The notes under the pieces: generated by a model
What the model was told of the DNA's origin: nothing
Database searches by the model: none
The model's input: only the letters and a program-made list of their open reading frames with translations
Shown here: positions 61,589-64,000 of the stretch, piece by piece
How the letters are laid out: the number at the start of each line of letters is the position of its first letter
How positions within the stretch are numbered: position 1 is the first letter of the stretch
From: a virus
Reading direction: 5' to 3' (one strand)
DNA: 64,000 bases
IMG/VR virus record: IMGVR_UViG_3300027741_000025
Coordinates: 80,364 to 144,363 of that record
Translations under genes and position numbers: made by a program

Positions 61589-62701
61589 TCACCAAGAAAG
61601 AAGTCCCTTTTGATCTAAAAGAGAATAAATCATTTTTTTATCTCCTGTTAAATCAGCAACATAATTCCAATCATCTAATTCCACTTCATTTATTGCGGTT
61701 CCAACAGCACCCAATCCAGATTCAAGATTTTCTAAAAAATTAAGATAGTTACAAAGAATTATTTTCTTTTTATTAAAATTAGAAACAGCGGCTATTCTTA
61801 AGCCCTCTTGTCCTCTAAGTGCTATTTGATCAAAAGATTCGACTAATATAAAAGGAGTATCTACAATAGAACTGAGTCTGGTCGATGCTGTCCAGAATTG
61901 GATACTGAATTTTACACAGCTAAGAACGGCTAGTGTGAATGAAAGATCCTGAACCATAGGCATAGAAGAAAAATCTACGCAGCCTTCCATGTTTAAACTA
62001 CTACTGTTTTCACCTAAGTATATTGGGGTGTAGCCCTTATATTTTATTAAATTATTCAAATCATAATAAAAACTTTTAGGTAAATTTCTTCCATATGTTT
62101 TTCTGTTTCTGGCGAAAATAGCAACAGAATTATCCGGAACATGTTTTCTTACGCTGTCAATGGTTTCTTTTTTAGGCTTAGGAATACTTCTTAAAAACTT
62201 TTTGTTTTCCACTCTGTCGAAAAGGGGACATGTTATTTCTCTGGCTCCACATTTTCCGCAAATCAAGTTTTCACCCCTCCAAGAGTTAAAACATTTTTTA
62301 CACACATTTGACACTAGAAAATTGCCAAGATAATGACCTTTGAATAATGTTCCAATCTTTTTAAGTTCGTTCTCTAGCCGGTCTAGATTCTCTGAATTAT
62401 GGTAAAAAGCATTGCATGAGTCTTTGAGCCAGTAATTTTCTGACTTTAATTCCCAGAATTCGTCAACAAGATGTCTATAGAAATAGTCTCTGCCTGACCA
62501 TCCAACCAATATCACATAATAACTATTGAATATTTCAAGCAATTTGGGAATTGAATACATGCAAGCAAGAGTTTCAACGCCAAGCTCGCAGAAGTTTGTT
62601 ATCACAAGAACTTTAGATGATTTTTGTCTTTTTGTGAACTTAAACACATTAAAACGAAAGTAATCTATCTTTTGTTCTTTTGATTTTTTTTTTAAAATCA
62701 T
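61589..62701 (-). CDS. Putative GT-B glycosyltransferase (GT9-like) with zinc-ribbon insert
   Basis: VAIFAR.R..YGRNLP..FY..L...I...GY.PIYLG; TLAVLS....TASTRLSSIVDTP; CKKC..CGKC. Confidence 0.55.
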   Translation of the reverse strand: MILKKKSKEQKIDYFRFNVFKFTKRQKSSKVLVITNFCELGVETLACMYSIPKLLEIFNSYYVILVGWSGRDYFYRHLVDEFWELKSENYWLKDSCNAFYHNSENLDRLENELKKIGTLFKGHYLGNFLVSNVCKKCFNSWRGENLICGKCGAREITCPLFDRVENKKFLRSIPKPKKETIDSVRKHVPDNSVAIFARNRKTYGRNLPKSFYYDLNNLIKYKGYTPIYLGENSSSLNMEGCVDFSSMPMVQDLSFTLAVLSCVKFSIQFWTASTRLSSIVDTPFILVESFDQIALRGQEGLRIAAVSNFNKKKIILCNYLNFLENLESGLGAVGTAINEVELDDWNYVADLTGDKKMIYSLLDQKGLLSW

Positions 62702-62713
62702 TTATAGTCTGAA

Positions 62714-63274
62714 TTACTTGGGTTCAGAAGAAAGTCTGAGTGAAGCCATTTTATCGCTGATGTCATCGATCATCTTGGCAACATCTTCCATTTCTTTTTT
62801 GACACCATCAACTTCTTTTTCATTGTTTCCGATAGCGTGCTTAGAAAGGAATTTAACTTCAAGGTCAAAAAGCTTCTTCTTTAATTCAGTTAATTTATTA
62901 ATATTTTCACCAGAACCCCAATCTTCAGTTGGAACGTTTTTGGCGTCTTTGCCTAAATTCTTATAATCAACTGGGTTGCTACTATTTGCAATTTTTTTTG
63001 CTTTTTCAGCAACATCTTTATCGACAACCTTCTTTTTCTTTGCTTCAGTCAATAACTCATAAGATTCTGATTCTGAGTAATGGGCAATGTCATTCCAGTA
63101 AGAAACCTCTTTGTCTTCTGGGTCTAATTTGGAGTCATCTACTTGAGTTTGTCCAAAAAAGTTAGACTTACCAACTGGTTCTGCTGGCTTTGCTGGTGGA
63201 AAAACTCCATCCTTTAAAGCTTTGTCCCACTGTTGAGTCCATTTGTCGAATTGATCTTCTATATTGTTTTCCAT
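62714..63274 (-). CDS. Hypothetical coiled-coil protein
   Basis: Full ORF; CTATATA upstream. Confidence 0.6.
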   Translation of the reverse strand: MENNIEDQFDKWTQQWDKALKDGVFPPAKPAEPVGKSNFFGQTQVDDSKLDPEDKEVSYWNDIAHYSESESYELLTEAKKKKVVDKDVAEKAKKIANSSNPVDYKNLGKDAKNVPTEDWGSGENINKLTELKKKLFDLEVKFLSKHAIGNNEKEVDGVKKEMEDVAKMIDDISDKMASLRLSSEPK

Positions 63275-63306
63275 GATATTATATAGTCACCAATCAATAA
63301 AAATTA

Positions 63307-64000
63307 TTATATACAGGGGACATTGCAAGAAAAACAATCTGCTGCATCAGAACATCCTCCACCGCTTTGGGCAGTTGTGTTCACAAAATTATCTGATGGA
63401 CAGTTGCATTGGGGATCGCAGTTATTAGATGAAAATTGCCATTCATGGAAGGTTCTACTATAGCCATAGGTGCAATAGCCGCATGGATTTTCAACACAAC
63501 TATAATTTTCGCAATGATAGTTTGGTTGGGTGCATCCACAAGTTCCTCCGCAACCGTCTGGCAATCCGCAATATCCATCGCCATTAGAATTACCGCAATC
63601 TTTTTGGCAACATGATGAATAAGGTCCAGGATTTCCGGCACAATCCGGACAATCAAATGTGTAGGTTGCAGTAGCACCTAATGTTGAGCAACATCCCCAA
63701 TAACCAAGACCAGGAATATTTGGAGCTTTATTAGCACAAAATACATTTTGAGGACAACGAGAAGAACTTGCGCTAGCTGCACCCCAAACTAACCGAGCTC
63801 CACTATTTATACATGTTAAGACAACTGAGCACTGTGGGCATCCCGTGTCGGGTGTCGTCTCTGGTGTACCCGGTGTTGTACCCGGTGTTGTATCTGGTGG
63901 TGTACCCGGTGTTGTACCCGGTGTTGTACCCGGTGTTGTACCCGGTGTTGTACCCGGTGTTGTATCTGGTGGTGTACCCGGTGTTGTACCCGGTGTTGTA
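63307..64000 (-). CDS. Partial (5' end outside window) Cys-rich protein with TTPG repeats, same fibre family
   Basis: The reading frame appears to continue upstream of the tracked ORF through 12/15-bp repeats; very Cys-rich C-terminus. Confidence 0.65.
   Translation of the reverse strand, partial: TTPGTTPGTPPDTTPGTTPGTTPGTTPGTTPGTPPDTTPGTTPGTPETTPDTGCPQCSVVLTCINSGARLVWGAASASSSRCPQNVFCANKAPNIPGLGYWGCCSTLGATATYTFDCPDCAGNPGPYSSCCQKDCGNSNGDGYCGLPDGCGGTCGCTQPNYHCENYSCVENPCGYCTYGYSRTFHEWQFSSNNCDPQCNCPSDNFVNTTAQSGGGCSDAADCFSCNVPCI
63862..64000. repeat. 12/15-bp in-frame tandem repeat
   Basis: gtacccggtgtt units interspersed with gtatctggtggt. Confidence 0.9.

Noticed and set aside
1-64000. Alternative genetic code (stop reassignment)
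   Set aside because: Recognisable genes are full length in code 11 and end at TAA, TAG and TGA with normal overlaps
1-64000. Cellular chromosome or eukaryotic giant virus origin
   Set aside because: Host-like genes are orphaned from their operons. SD sites, sigma70 promoters, bS21, IF-3, MscL and tailed-phage genes argue for a bacteriophage, though no capsid or terminase gene lies in the window

Overview
AT-rich (roughly 30% GC by eye), densely coding segment with frequent strand switches. It most likely comes from a large (jumbo/huge) tailed dsDNA phage. Supporting genes are a TnsA/gp4-like head-completion nuclease, a T4 gp1-like dNMP kinase, PhoH, a BppU-like baseplate protein, a Holliday-junction-resolvase-like nuclease, HNH nucleases, SNF2 and Ski2/Hel308-like helicases, and isolated host-like genes (bS21, IF-3, MscL, RmlC, a purine phosphoribosyltransferase) without their cellular operons. 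An SHD1 domain and several secreted or membrane proteins hint at a Planctomycetota/PVC host (inference). About a third of the window encodes large Cys-rich fibre/adhesin-like proteins. They are built from a shared, reshuffled set of modules (Mtd_N, RCC1, YVTN and Asp-box-like propellers, LecA-like, discoidin, DUF642-like and unnamed modules) joined by Pro/Thr stalks encoded by in-frame tandem repeats. Recent direct and inverted duplications of these modules are visible at the DNA level. About seven glycosyltransferase-like genes accompany them, including one resembling plant extensin O-glycosyltransferases, which suggests a phage-encoded glycosylated fibre system. Other signals are a recurring F-K-x-F/Y-L-(x)-E terminal motif resembling the T4 capsid-targeting sequence, a TA(T/A/G)ATA late-promoter-like motif just before SD-less starts, and a self-contained ~180-nt structured transcription unit at 15.86-16.07 kb. 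No tRNA, rRNA, CRISPR array, integrase or reverse transcriptase was seen. All family calls come from motif recognition by eye; no database searches were run.
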